NCBI RefSeq assembly: GCF_001481685.1
Contig: NZ_CP006867.1
Location: 660,001 to 692,000, forward strand
DNA length: 32,000 nucleotides
Direction: 5' to 3'
From: Ignicoccus islandicus DSM 13165
GTDB taxonomy: Archaea; Thermoproteota; Thermoprotei_A; Sulfolobales; Ignicoccaceae
Position numbers and translations under genes: made by a program. Shown here in pieces: positions 8,079 through 16,936 of this stretch. Each line of letters opens with the position of its first letter. Within the stretch, counting starts at the first letter, position 1. The notes beneath the pieces were generated by a model. The model was not told the DNA's origin. It saw only the letters and a list, made by a program, of their open reading frames with translations, and searched no databases.

Positions 8079-10396
8079 TAACTAAGTCAGCCCTAAGGTC
8101 GTCTGTCAAGAGTAAACTCGAGTTCTTATCTATAGTCTTCATGATAGCGGTTTCTATATCGTTGTACGTAGCTTCTCAGATGACGTATGAAAGCGTAGTA
8201 GATCTATTTAGGAACTACGTTCGTACTACTTATGGAGATATACTTGTAGTCGGATACGTCCCCTCTATTGTTGATGAAATAGTAAAGGAATCGAAATTCG
8301 TAAGGGACTTCACGGGTTTCGTAGTAGTTCCAGCGTACGCTACCGATTCACAAGGTATCGAAAGACCCGTTCTCTTAGGCTATACTGAGGCAGCCTACAG
8401 GAACGACACCCTCCTGGGAGGTTTCAAGGCGATTAAGCTTAAGGAAGGCCAAGCCCTCCTTCTAAGAGAAGGGTCTGATGGTCTAAGTATAGGGATGAAA
8501 TTAACGGCATATCCCACAATATCTATTAATGAAGAATCTATATTTAATTTAACAATAGTAGGCTACGTTGAGGGTGGGCTACCTCTTCCAGCCGGACCAG
8601 TTCTATTCCTTTCAAAAAGCGATGGCAAGAAGTTATTGGAAGTTGTTGGTGGATACACTGTATACTCTGTGGTCCGTAAAGACGGTATTTCGGATAATGA
8701 AGTGCTTACGGAACTCATTGAAATAATTAAAAACGCTGGCGGATACGTAGGTTTCGTTTTCGATACTAATAAGGATTTGAAGTTCTATCCAGGTCAAGGA
8801 GTCTTAAATGAGACAGTTATAGGGTTGAAATTCATATCTTTAACCTCATGGATTGTCGTAACCATAGTACTCGTAATATTTTCAATAATGTATATTGAGA
8901 AAAACGTAAAGGAGGTAGCTACTTTACGTTCAATAGGGGGTGCTGCAACCGAACTAAGTAAGTACATTATAGCCTTATGGGGATCCCGTTTACTTAGCGG
9001 TCTCATTTTGGGCATCTTAATTAGTTACCTTTTAACCAAGGTAATAATTGCGAGTGCCCTTTCGCATCCGCGACTTCAACCATTTCAAGATTTCGTTAAG
9101 GTGAGGCTTCCTCCAATGACCATTGTTGAAACGATTATCTTAAGCCTTACGACCCTACTCTTAATATGGATATCTTCACTAGTTGCAGTATATAAAATGA
9201 GATTAATCGACGCCCTTACTTTCTACGGAATAAAGCTAAGAATAAAGGGAGAGAGTAGACTACCTTTCTTTATGATAGTAGGGCTCTCAGAAATTAGAAC
9301 GTTACCATGGAGGAACATTGCTGCAATTATATTATTGTCGTTAGGTATAGCATTAATCTCGCTTCCCTTTACATTATCATCAAGCCTACTTTCGTTCAAC
9401 GAAAGTAAATCGTTCGATGTAAAGGTTATAATGATGATAATTCCAAAGATAAGTCCCTCTTTAAGTTACTTTCTCTCCAACGCTGATTGGAGTAAGGCGA
9501 ACGAGGTTAGCATATGGGTTGAATCGCTTTATGGATCAGTTAACATCAAGGCGCAATTAATTGAAGGTAATAAAAAGGTGCCTATTTACGCGACGTCGTG
9601 TCTACTTCCGTTTAAAGGTAAATGCATAGATTTCATTAGTATAGTAAAGGGTCGAATGTTAAAGTATCCAAACGAAACGATAGTCAGCACACTTTTCTCA
9701 TATAGATATAATGTACGAGTAGGCGACGAAATAGCAGTAAGTCTAACAACGAAGGGCACGAAGGAGAGGGTCATTTCGCTTAAGGTAGTTGGAATTTACA
9801 ATAGCAAGGAATTTCCTCCGACAATAATTTTACATCCAGCGTTGCTCCCACCAATCGATTCGTTCAGTGTGTTTACTATTTTGATAAAAACGAAATACCC
9901 TGAAGAGTTGTCTAACTATATTAGGAGTTTCTTGGTTTCAAATGCGTATGCAGCTGTATCCATGACATGGGATGAATACGAAAGGGAAATGATGAGGGAC
10001 TTGACGTTCGTTGCAGACTCAATTAAAACGACTGTCCTAAGTTCTTATATAATAACAACCCTAGCTGTCGCGACTTTCGCTATTAGCGATTTGAGTGTTA
10101 GGAGGAAAATATGGATGTTATTAAAGTCGCTCGGAATGACCTCGGTTGATTTGAGTCTGGCCTTCTTGTTCAGGTGGGCGGTCATTGGAGCGCTCAGCAT
10201 ACCTATTTCGTATATCTTGCTAACGAAATGGACCACAGATGGTGTGGAAATGCTATCTCAAGTATATTTCATTGATAAGATGAAAATCGATTGTTCGTTT
10301 ATCATTGTAGGCATGTTAGCCCCGTTAGCTATATTCGTCGTGTCTTTAGCATACTTTAAGAAATATAGATCGGTAGAAGAGCTAAGAAACGCTTAA
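8069..10396 (+). CDS. ABC transporter permease, double FtsX/MacB-type (775 aa)
   Basis: TTG start overlaps the ATPase stop by 10 nt. Two repeats of N-terminal TM, large extracytoplasmic domain and a 3-TM FtsX-like bundle, at about aa 260-370 and 650-770. Confidence 0.82.
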   Translation: MSLITKSALRSSVKSKLEFLSIVFMIAVSISLYVASQMTYESVVDLFRNYVRTTYGDILVVGYVPSIVDEIVKESKFVRDFTGFVVVPAYATDSQGIERPVLLGYTEAAYRNDTLLGGFKAIKLKEGQALLLREGSDGLSIGMKLTAYPTISINEESIFNLTIVGYVEGGLPLPAGPVLFLSKSDGKKLLEVVGGYTVYSVVRKDGISDNEVLTELIEIIKNAGGYVGFVFDTNKDLKFYPGQGVLNETVIGLKFISLTSWIVVTIVLVIFSIMYIEKNVKEVATLRSIGGAATELSKYIIALWGSRLLSGLILGILISYLLTKVIIASALSHPRLQPFQDFVKVRLPPMTIVETIILSLTTLLLIWISSLVAVYKMRLIDALTFYGIKLRIKGESRLPFFMIVGLSEIRTLPWRNIAAIILLSLGIALISLPFTLSSSLLSFNESKSFDVKVIMMIIPKISPSLSYFLSNADWSKANEVSIWVESLYGSVNIKAQLIEGNKKVPIYATSCLLPFKGKCIDFISIVKGRMLKYPNETIVSTLFSYRYNVRVGDEIAVSLTTKGTKERVISLKVVGIYNSKEFPPTIILHPALLPPIDSFSVFTILIKTKYPEELSNYIRSFLVSNAYAAVSMTWDEYEREMMRDLTFVADSIKTTVLSSYIITTLAVATFAISDLSVRRKIWMLLKSLGMTSVDLSLAFLFRWAVIGALSIPISYILLTKWTTDGVEMLSQVYFIDKMKIDCSFIIVGMLAPLAIFVVSLAYFKKYRSVEELRNA

Positions 10397-10401
10397 TGTA
10401 A

Positions 10402-10605
10402 TTAACTCTTAATCTCCGTTGCAATGAGTTCGAGGTTTCCATCTTTCTTCTTTATCAAAACCATTGCATCATCTATTCTGTATCCGCAATTCTTACACTT
10501 GTATGAATACATTACCTTTATTGAGTCTCTTGAAATAGTCGATTCAATGTTTAACGTCATTGGGATTTTACATCTCGGGCAAAGCAAGACGTTAATTGAA
10601 TTCAT
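10402..10605 (-). CDS. Small zinc-ribbon protein (67 aa)
   Basis: CPRC...(33 aa)...CKNC four-Cys ribbon. ATG 10605 is preferred because TTG 10650 would overlap the aIF2-beta 3' end. Lies directly downstream of aIF2-beta on the same strand. Confidence 0.45.
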   Translation of the reverse strand: MNSINVLLCPRCKIPMTLNIESTISRDSIKVMYSYKCKNCGYRIDDAMVLIKKKDGNLELIATEIKS

Positions 10606-10621
10606 GGCTCGATCACCGAAG

Positions 10622-11032
10622 TTATAGAGGCGGTACGGGGGTTTCAGCACCGCAAACGTGACACTTTAATATCCAAACCCTTCTGTCCAGTCTTATTAAT
10701 TCTGTATCGGGGCCCTTACAAGTTGGGCAGATTACGTACTGATCAACGAACTTCTGGAGGAGCTTAGATAGTATCCTAGACGAGAACCTTCCGGTTAATA
10801 TCAGCTCGCCTTTCTCTCCGATATGGACTGGGATAGCTAATTCCTTTGCGAACCATTTACTAACAATTTTAGGGTCTCTATGTATAACATCACATATTTG
10901 GCTGAAGTTCTGGATTATGGTTTTATCACCTATAATTAGGACCTTCGGTTCGGGAACTTGGAACCTTCCCTTGTACTCAGCCTTACCGGGTAATTGGCTA
11001 TAAGCGCGTTCTAAGAGCTTCTCGTAACCCAT
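10622..11032 (-). CDS. eif2b: Translation initiation factor aIF2 beta subunit
   Basis: 136 aa. YEKLLERAY..LP, FQVPEP...GDKTII.NF..I and C-terminal zinc ribbon CPTCKGPDT...LKCHVCGA are typical of the eIF2-beta/eIF5 family. Confidence 0.92.
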   Translation of the reverse strand: MGYEKLLERAYSQLPGKAEYKGRFQVPEPKVLIIGDKTIIQNFSQICDVIHRDPKIVSKWFAKELAIPVHIGEKGELILTGRFSSRILSKLLQKFVDQYVICPTCKGPDTELIRLDRRVWILKCHVCGAETPVPPL

Positions 11033-11111
11033 TTCTCTAATCGTTATATCTCATCACCCATATTGAAGGAGTATCGTGAAACGTATATTAAGTAATAGCT
11101 ATAAGCGTTGC

Positions 11112-11984
11112 TCATTCCCTCCAATTCTCGAGCAGTTTTCTGGCCTCTTCGGGAGGTATCCTCTGCTGCTTCGTATCTTCTATTAATGGAATACCCTTGC
11201 CTCTTACAGTTTTAGCAAGTATTACTACAGGTCGCTTCAATTTCTTAGCACTCTCTTTAGCTTCCTGAATTGATTCAATTATTAGATTAGGATCGTGACC
11301 GTCGTCGAGTACTATCACATGCCATCCGAACGACCTCCACTTACCTTGGAGATCACCTTTTCTTTTAACTTCTTCAGTAGCACCATCTAGTTGGAATCTG
11401 TTCCAATCTACTATGGCGATTAAGTTGTCTAAGTTTTGTGAGGCTGCGGTAGAAGCTGCCTCCCAAACCTCGCCTTCGTCCAGTTCGCCGTCTCCTAGAA
11501 TCACGTAAACCCACCTATCCGAGTTCAACATTTTCAGCCCCTTCGCTACGCCTACTGCGAAGCTGAAGCCTTGCGCTAAGCTACCTGTGGGCGCATCGAC
11601 ACACGCTAAGGTATCGTCCGGATGACCTTGGAGGGGACTAGCTATGTCCCTAATTGTACTAATCCAATTCTCCGGAATGATCCCAAACGCAGCTAATACA
11701 GCGTAAAACGCTGGTACAGCGTGACCCTTACTCAAGATCAACCAATTGTGTTTAGTAGGTTCCTCGTCGCATTTCCTATCTCTCATTTCTAGGTACCATA
11801 TAGAACCAAGTATATCTAACACTGAAAGACTCGAACCTGCGTGAACAGTTTTTTCGATGCTCGCCATTTCTAGAACATACTTTCTCGCTCGTTTTAGTAT
11901 TGCTTCGAGCTTTTCCATGTTTATACTTTCTTGTTTCGCGCCCTTAGTTTCAAGTTCCGTTTTCTGAATCCTTGAGCGCAACAT
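11112..11984 (-). CDS. Transketolase, N-terminal (TPP-binding) subunit
   Basis: GSSLSVLDIL, SKGHAVPAFYAVLA, QGHPD and GDGELDEGEVWEAA motifs. 290 aa, matching the split archaeal transketolase N-half. No C-terminal half is adjacent. Confidence 0.88.
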   Translation of the reverse strand: MLRSRIQKTELETKGAKQESINMEKLEAILKRARKYVLEMASIEKTVHAGSSLSVLDILGSIWYLEMRDRKCDEEPTKHNWLILSKGHAVPAFYAVLAAFGIIPENWISTIRDIASPLQGHPDDTLACVDAPTGSLAQGFSFAVGVAKGLKMLNSDRWVYVILGDGELDEGEVWEAASTAASQNLDNLIAIVDWNRFQLDGATEEVKRKGDLQGKWRSFGWHVIVLDDGHDPNLIIESIQEAKESAKKLKRPVVILAKTVRGKGIPLIEDTKQQRIPPEEARKLLENWRE

Positions 11985-12143
11985 TTGAACCCTGTGGGAT
12001 GACAGTGGGCCAGATTAAATACGTTGATATTTTACATACGATTTAGGAGATTACAGTTGATCCTCTATCTCTACTATTTCCCTAGATCCCTAGAATTTAA
12101 AATCTTTGAGAAATAATACTTTGGGAGGATAGGATTTAGTATT

Positions 12144-12150
12144 AAAAAAA
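12144..12150 (-). terminator. Oligo-T terminator candidate
   Basis: A T7 run on the minus strand (CGCTTTTTTTAAT) lies about 30 nt downstream of the stop of the 79-aa membrane protein gene. Archaeal termination typically uses oligo-T. Confidence 0.4.
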
Positions 12151-12178
12151 GCGTTCTTTTTCGAAAGTTCTAAGCGAT

Positions 12179-12418
12179 TTAAGCCTTTATGCTGACTTCG
12201 GTTAGAGTTGGCTGGCTGGGATCGATCGAAGCACTGGCGCTTAGGCTGGGGAAGTTAGCGTTTGCTAAGGGACCTAGGTCGACGCCTAGACCCTTAACTA
12301 CGTTTAGTAGGGTACCGACGAAGCCTAGTAGTAGTACTACAGCAGCGACTATTAGGAAGACAGTACCTAGGATGTCTGCTAGAGCACCTACCTTCAACAA
12401 GTTCTTCCTCATCACCAC
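12179..12418 (-). CDS. Small secreted or membrane protein (79 aa) with one N-terminal TM segment
   Basis: MVMRKNLLKVGALADILGTVFLIVAAVVLLLGFVGTLL followed by a polar Ser/Pro-rich tail. A TTTATTA box lies about 40 nt upstream and an oligo-T downstream. The antisense ORF 12189-12437 looks like a shadow. Confidence 0.45.
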   Translation of the reverse strand: MVMRKNLLKVGALADILGTVFLIVAAVVLLLGFVGTLLNVVKGLGVDLGPLANANFPSLSASASIDPSQPTLTEVSIKA

Positions 12419-12542
12419 TTCACCTCTCTCACTTTAACCTAGTTATTGTTAGACTAATAAAGTTTCCTATGAAGTAATACATTCCGCACTCCTTTAACTA
12501 ACGTACATAACAGATCGCACGTAGTATAGGTGGACAGGTAAG

Positions 12543-13682
12543 TTGGTAGTTAAAATAGAAGTGTTTGGAGAAGGACTTAATCAACTTATTAATGGTAACT
12601 TGATCATCTTCAAGAGATGGATTCGGAGTAGGAAGCCAGTTAAGATAGGGGACATGGTCGAATTAATAGATGAAGAAGAGAACCCAGTGGCATGTGGTAT
12701 CTGGGACAAAATAGGTGCCCGAATATTGAACTTCAATGAATGTCCAAACAGCCTAGATGATCTCATATTTGAGAAATTTGAATTTTCCAAGAAATCTCGG
12801 GAGCGAATGGGGTACGAAAACGTATATAGATTAATACACGGGGATGGAGACCTATTCCCTGGTTTGATCGTGGACGTTTACGGACCGTTAGCCGTTATTC
12901 AATCTTCTAGTATGGCCATAGATACCATAATCCCGATAATTGTTAAAGAGTTAGTGAAAGTTACTGGAGTAGATACAGTAGCGGAAAAAAGCGTTCAGAG
13001 GGTTAGATCTAAGTCCAATCTTCCACCCCGAGAGAAGATTCACTTAGGTAGTAGAAAGGAAGTTATAGTAGAAGTAGATATAGAGGGAATAAAGTATTAC
13101 GTTAGCCTAAAGTCTAGGAAGACGGGCTTGTATTTAGATCAACGTGAAAATAGGGTATATACTAGGCGGTTCGCACGAGGAAGCAGCTTCCTCGATCTTT
13201 TCTCTTATACTGGAGGATTTGGCTTAAACGCTCTTCATGAGGGAGCGAGGCACGTAACGTTCGTTGATAAGGACACCGAAGCCTTGTCTGCCCTCAAGAA
13301 GAACCTCAAGTTGAATAACATCGATGATTCGCGCGTAAGGATAGTTAAGGAGGACGCTTTCAAGTTTCTCAGAAGGAGCGTCAAACGCGATCTGAACTAT
13401 GAGGTAACTTCAGTCGATCCACCCGCGTTAATGGACGATTACAAAGATGGGTTGCAGAGATACAAAGAGGTTTACGTACTTTCGTCCCAACTCTCGAAAG
13501 ACATTTCAGTACTTTCATCATGTTCACGAAGCATGAAACTACCTCTTTTCATTTCAACGGTCTATGACAGCGTTAGGGAACCATATAGTCTTCTAGAAGT
13601 AAGGGGTTCGGCCCCCGATCACCCAATAAGAAGGGGATTGGAAGATTACCTTAAGGTGGCCTACGTATCGTACGAGGGGTAA
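12543..13682 (+). CDS. Class I SAM-dependent RNA methyltransferase, COG1092 (RlmI-like) with PUA-like N-terminus
   Basis: GLYLDQRENR, LDLFSYTGGFGLNAL, VTFVDKD and VDPP motifs. 379 aa. TTG start. Confidence 0.82.
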   Translation: MVVKIEVFGEGLNQLINGNLIIFKRWIRSRKPVKIGDMVELIDEEENPVACGIWDKIGARILNFNECPNSLDDLIFEKFEFSKKSRERMGYENVYRLIHGDGDLFPGLIVDVYGPLAVIQSSSMAIDTIIPIIVKELVKVTGVDTVAEKSVQRVRSKSNLPPREKIHLGSRKEVIVEVDIEGIKYYVSLKSRKTGLYLDQRENRVYTRRFARGSSFLDLFSYTGGFGLNALHEGARHVTFVDKDTEALSALKKNLKLNNIDDSRVRIVKEDAFKFLRRSVKRDLNYEVTSVDPPALMDDYKDGLQRYKEVYVLSSQLSKDISVLSSCSRSMKLPLFISTVYDSVREPYSLLEVRGSAPDHPIRRGLEDYLKVAYVSYEG

Positions 13683-13702
13683 GGCGCGTGGGTTCGAGCT
13701 CA

Positions 13703-14311
13703 TCAATCGCGTCTTAAAACCTTCTTCATCCCCTTCGACTCTACTAAACTCAAGACGTAATTAGTTGAAAGCGACCATAGGGTCAACGAGTCCTCTTCGC
13801 CCAACTCTAACGTCTTGAGTAATGAAATTACTTGATGTGGGACGCATATTTCGAGCGCTCTTGAGGGCGAGCACGTGAACGACGTTGCTATTTCTTTATT
13901 TATTAATAGACTCGCAAACCTTCTCAGCCTTCCCAAGGCTTTATAGTCTGTTATTAGTTCGTTTATTCTCAATTCTATGGCCTTTCCAGACTGAATTAAG
14001 AGTTCTACCTGGGAGCTATCTAAGTATCTTAGGTTGCTCGCTCCGAAGCTGACTATATCTACGATCCTACTTTTTGCAAATAATCTAGCTTCGCTTAGAT
14101 TGCGTGGCGAGGCTACTATTATCTCGCTCTTGCTTTTTTTAACCTTAGAAGACCTCGGATATACTTTTTCGAAATCGTAGTTCGAGCACCCTTCACATAA
14201 CAGTAAGTAGTAATGATGTAGCAGTAGCTCAATTACGTCGTTACTTTTAACATTAGACTCCATGAGCGCAGCTTTCATAATCAACGCCTCGGCGAGGTGT
14301 CTATCTCTCAT
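13703..14311 (-). CDS. rnp3: RNase P protein component 3 (Rpp30/Rnp3), probable
   Basis: 202 aa. The layout IVDIVSFG...YLDSSQVELLIQSGKAIELRINELI...RLRRFASLLINKEIATSFTCSPSRALEICVPHQVISLLKTLELGEEDSL resembles the Rpp30 PHP/TIM-barrel pattern (VD.L.H / .lEIn / l...vv.SSdA....lR.P.dv..L....G.). Called from memory only. Confidence 0.55.
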   Translation of the reverse strand: MRDRHLAEALIMKAALMESNVKSNDVIELLLHHYYLLLCEGCSNYDFEKVYPRSSKVKKSKSEIIVASPRNLSEARLFAKSRIVDIVSFGASNLRYLDSSQVELLIQSGKAIELRINELITDYKALGRLRRFASLLINKEIATSFTCSPSRALEICVPHQVISLLKTLELGEEDSLTLWSLSTNYVLSLVESKGMKKVLRRD

Positions 14312-14403
14312 TCAAGTCGATTCCGTCACCACTCCTCATAGGCATCCTTCGCTCTTTCCTACGTGCTATATTATTATATGTCTGATTTAACGAAAGACTA
14401 TAT

Positions 14404-14476
14404 GGGATGGGACCGGCCGGAGGCCGCCGCATCGACGGGCGATGAAAGCCGGAAGCCGAGGGGTCGACCCATTCCC
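14404..14476. ncRNA. Candidate structured small RNA (GC-rich four-way junction), class unknown
   Basis: A 73-nt GC-rich island sits in a 242-nt AT-rich divergent intergenic region. The closing helix GGGATGGG/CCCATTCCC plus ACC/GGT encloses three hairpins: GGCC-GGA-GGCC, CATCG-ACGGG-CGATG and CGG-AAG-CCG. TATA-like boxes lie about 25-30 nt away on both sides. Confidence 0.3.
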
Positions 14477-14553
14477 TCCATTAACTTCCATAAGGTATAT
14501 ACAGCATAAACTAGTTTAAGCCCTCTTTACAACCTTCATTACGGTGCCTCCGT

Positions 14554-15486
14554 ATGGCGCGAATACCTTACAAAGTAGCTGTAATTGGAACTGGAAGGGT
14601 TGGAGCAACGTTCGCTTATACAATGGCAGTAGTACCCGGAATAGCTAGAATGACCTTAGTCGACGTAGTCCCGGGCTTAGCGAAGGGCGTAATGGAGGAC
14701 ATTAAACACGCTGCTGCGGTCTTCAGGAGAAGCATCACAGTTGAAGCCTTCGAAGACGTTAGTAAAGTAGAGAACGCTGATGCCATAGTGATAACGGCAG
14801 GTAAGCCTAGGAAGGCAGATATGAGTAGAAGGGACCTAGCAAACGTGAATGCCCAAATAATAAGGGATATAGGAGATAAACTCCGCGATAGAAATCCAGG
14901 CGCGCTTTACGTTGTTGTAACTAACCCGGTAGACGTTATGACTATGGTATTAGACGACGTCATAGGAAGTAAAGGCACGGTCATTGGTACCGGTACGAGT
15001 TTAGACACTTTCAGGTTCAGGGCAGCTGTTAGTGAACTCCTCAACGTGCCTATTGTCGCTGTCGATGGTTACGTCGTTGGCGAACACGGTGAGGAGGCGT
15101 TCGTAGCGTGGAGTACCGTTACAATAAAAGGTATACACATAGATCAATACATCAAGGAAAGGAACATTAATATAAGCAGAGAACAAATAGAGAAGTACGT
15201 GAAAGACGTAGCTGCTAGCATAATTGCCTCTCAAGGAGCCACCATATGGGGCCCTGCAGCAACTTTCCAAGAAATAGTTGTATCGCACTTAGCCAACGAA
15301 TCGAAGATAATCCCCATATCGTTACCACAAAACATAGAGGGTGTTGGAAGGGTTGCAGTTTCGGTACCCACAATAATTAGTGGAAGACTCAAACCTCTGG
15401 TTCAACTCCTCAATGAAGAGGAGCAAGAGAGGTTAAAAAGAGCAGCCAAGGCTATAAGGAACGTTTACGAAAGTATCTTAACCTAA
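14554..15486 (+). CDS. mdh: Malate dehydrogenase (LDH-like, archaeal)
   Basis: KVAVIGTGRVGATFAY Rossmann motif, ITAGKPRK, VVTNPVD and catalytic GEHGE. 310 aa. Confidence 0.9.
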   Translation: MARIPYKVAVIGTGRVGATFAYTMAVVPGIARMTLVDVVPGLAKGVMEDIKHAAAVFRRSITVEAFEDVSKVENADAIVITAGKPRKADMSRRDLANVNAQIIRDIGDKLRDRNPGALYVVVTNPVDVMTMVLDDVIGSKGTVIGTGTSLDTFRFRAAVSELLNVPIVAVDGYVVGEHGEEAFVAWSTVTIKGIHIDQYIKERNINISREQIEKYVKDVAASIIASQGATIWGPAATFQEIVVSHLANESKIIPISLPQNIEGVGRVAVSVPTIISGRLKPLVQLLNEEEQERLKRAAKAIRNVYESILT

Positions 15487-16578
15487 ACTTCTTATTGAAC
15501 CAATTAACGCTTGGGCGACCAAGAAGACTGTTAAGGCTTGTACAACCAATGTAACTTTTTCGAACTTCTTGAATTCTTGCCCAACATCAGTAAGAACCCT
15601 GCCTCCATCGGATATGAATAAAGGTAAAGCGTTTATGACAGCTAAACCCAGGTTTATTCCATTTAGCCACACTAACGAACTTACGACCGCTTGCAACATC
15701 TCTAAGGGTAGAGACGAAAGCGGCCACGCAGGAACGAACGGTAGCACTATAATACCTAATTTGCCCTTTTCGGGCTTAGCTATAATTTCAATTACTTTAT
15801 TGCCCCTAAGTATCTTTATCTTAAGCACTTCATTATTGGAGATAAGTTCCTTTAACTTGTAAAGGGATTTCACTTCGATGTCATTGATTGAAAGTATAAC
15901 GTCACCTTTCATTATACCGCAATTCCAAGCCGGCGAGCCTTCTACTACGTCGATAACGAATATACCGGGCTTTAGTAGATTCCATATTATCAGATAGGTT
16001 AGGAGGGCCAAGAACATGTTGGCAGCGGGTCCGGCGGCGTAAATTCTAATTCTCTTCAGTAAGGGAGCTCTCAATAGCTCGTTTTCATCGGGTTCGACGA
16101 AAGCAATTGGGAATACGAATGCCCATCCGATTCCTGCGCTTTTCACGCTCACGCCTTGCTTAATGGAGCTCCAGTAGTGCATGTATTCGTGGATAACTAT
16201 GCTTAATCCAATAATCCAAAGTATCGAAAGAAGTCTCGAGAACGATATTGTTATACCGGGTAGTAATGGAACTAGTGTCACGCTTTTCTGAGTTTTTGGA
16301 AGTAGGTTAGAGATTAATAGATAGTATCCCATGAACATCGCAATTAGGAAGAATACTAAGGAAGCGTTTAGAACTACTTTCGTATAGATATTGTCCGTTG
16401 CATTGGCATTACCCCTTATCTCTAGCCTTAGAGCAATAATTCCCGGCATGGGTGAAAAGACTCTCTTACCATTTCTTATAGCGGGTATAAAGTAAGCCAG
16501 TATACTGGCGATAAGTACCGAAAGCATTGCGAATCCAGACGCTTCCATCTCATCTAGCCCGCACCTTGACCGAGCCAA
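15478..16578 (-). CDS. Site-2 protease family (M50) zinc metalloprotease with PDZ domain
   Basis: HEYMHYW (HExxH), PDZ segment VVEGSPAWNCGIMKGDVILSIND and NALPLFISDGGRV (NxxPxxxxDG), with multiple TM segments. 3' end overlaps mdh by 9 nt. The true start may be ATG 16548 instead of TTG 16578. Confidence 0.87.
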   Translation of the reverse strand: MARSRCGLDEMEASGFAMLSVLIASILAYFIPAIRNGKRVFSPMPGIIALRLEIRGNANATDNIYTKVVLNASLVFFLIAMFMGYYLLISNLLPKTQKSVTLVPLLPGITISFSRLLSILWIIGLSIVIHEYMHYWSSIKQGVSVKSAGIGWAFVFPIAFVEPDENELLRAPLLKRIRIYAAGPAANMFLALLTYLIIWNLLKPGIFVIDVVEGSPAWNCGIMKGDVILSINDIEVKSLYKLKELISNNEVLKIKILRGNKVIEIIAKPEKGKLGIIVLPFVPAWPLSSLPLEMLQAVVSSLVWLNGINLGLAVINALPLFISDGGRVLTDVGQEFKKFEKVTLVVQALTVFLVAQALIGSIRSLG

Positions 16579-16624
16579 TCATTCTTAAAAACTGGCCATG
16601 AGCGTAAGGTCTGGGACTTGAGCA

Positions 16625-16936
16625 ATGCCGGCCATTGAGGTAGGTAGGATCTGCGTTAAGATAGCTGGAAGGGAAGCTGGAAAGAAGTGCGTAATAGTGG
16701 ATATCATAGATGATAAATTCGTGTTGATAACTGGACCAAAGAGCCTAAGCGGCGTTAAGAGGAGAAGAGTTAACATTAAGCACATCGAACCTCTTGATAA
16801 GAAGATTGAAATAGAGAAGGGTGCCAGTGACGAAGAAGTCTTAAAGGCCATAGAGAGCGCCGGTCTACAAGACTTCATGAAAGAGAAAGTAGTACCTAAG
16901 ATACCAACACCACCAAAGGTTGCTGCCTACCTATGA
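16625..16936 (+). CDS. rpl14e: 50S ribosomal protein L14e
   Basis: [38 protein letters not shown]...[13 protein letters not shown] is the KOW-type L14e signature. Confidence 0.9.
   Translation: MPAIEVGRICVKIAGREAGKKCVIVDIIDDKFVLITGPKSLSGVKRRRVNIKHIEPLDKKIEIEKGASDEEVLKAIESAGLQDFMKEKVVPKIPTPPKVAAYL

Noticed and set aside
11049-11059. GTGATGA on the minus strand upstream of aIF2-beta
   Set aside because: It is an isolated C-box-like heptamer in an AT-rich promoter region, with no D box, no GC-rich body and no terminal stem. Probably chance.
12080-12094. Tandem CCCTAGA-T-CCCTAGA direct repeat in the transketolase upstream region
   Set aside because: Only two 7-nt copies, which is too short to call a repeat element or CRISPR-like array. 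It might be a regulator half-site pair, but nothing else supports that.
12189-12437. 82-aa plus-strand ORF antisense to the 79-aa membrane protein gene
   Set aside because: Its Arg/Ser/Thr/Pro-rich translation lacks structure-like patterning. The minus-strand product has a clean TM helix, an upstream TATA box and a downstream oligo-T. It is kept only as a caveat in the findings.
14341-14553. Possibility that the GC-rich element next to rnp3 is the RNase P RNA, 5S rRNA or SRP RNA
   Set aside because: At about 73 nt it is far too short, and it lacks the conserved P4/CR motifs, the 5S loop-E pattern and the SRP domain features that I can recognise by eye.
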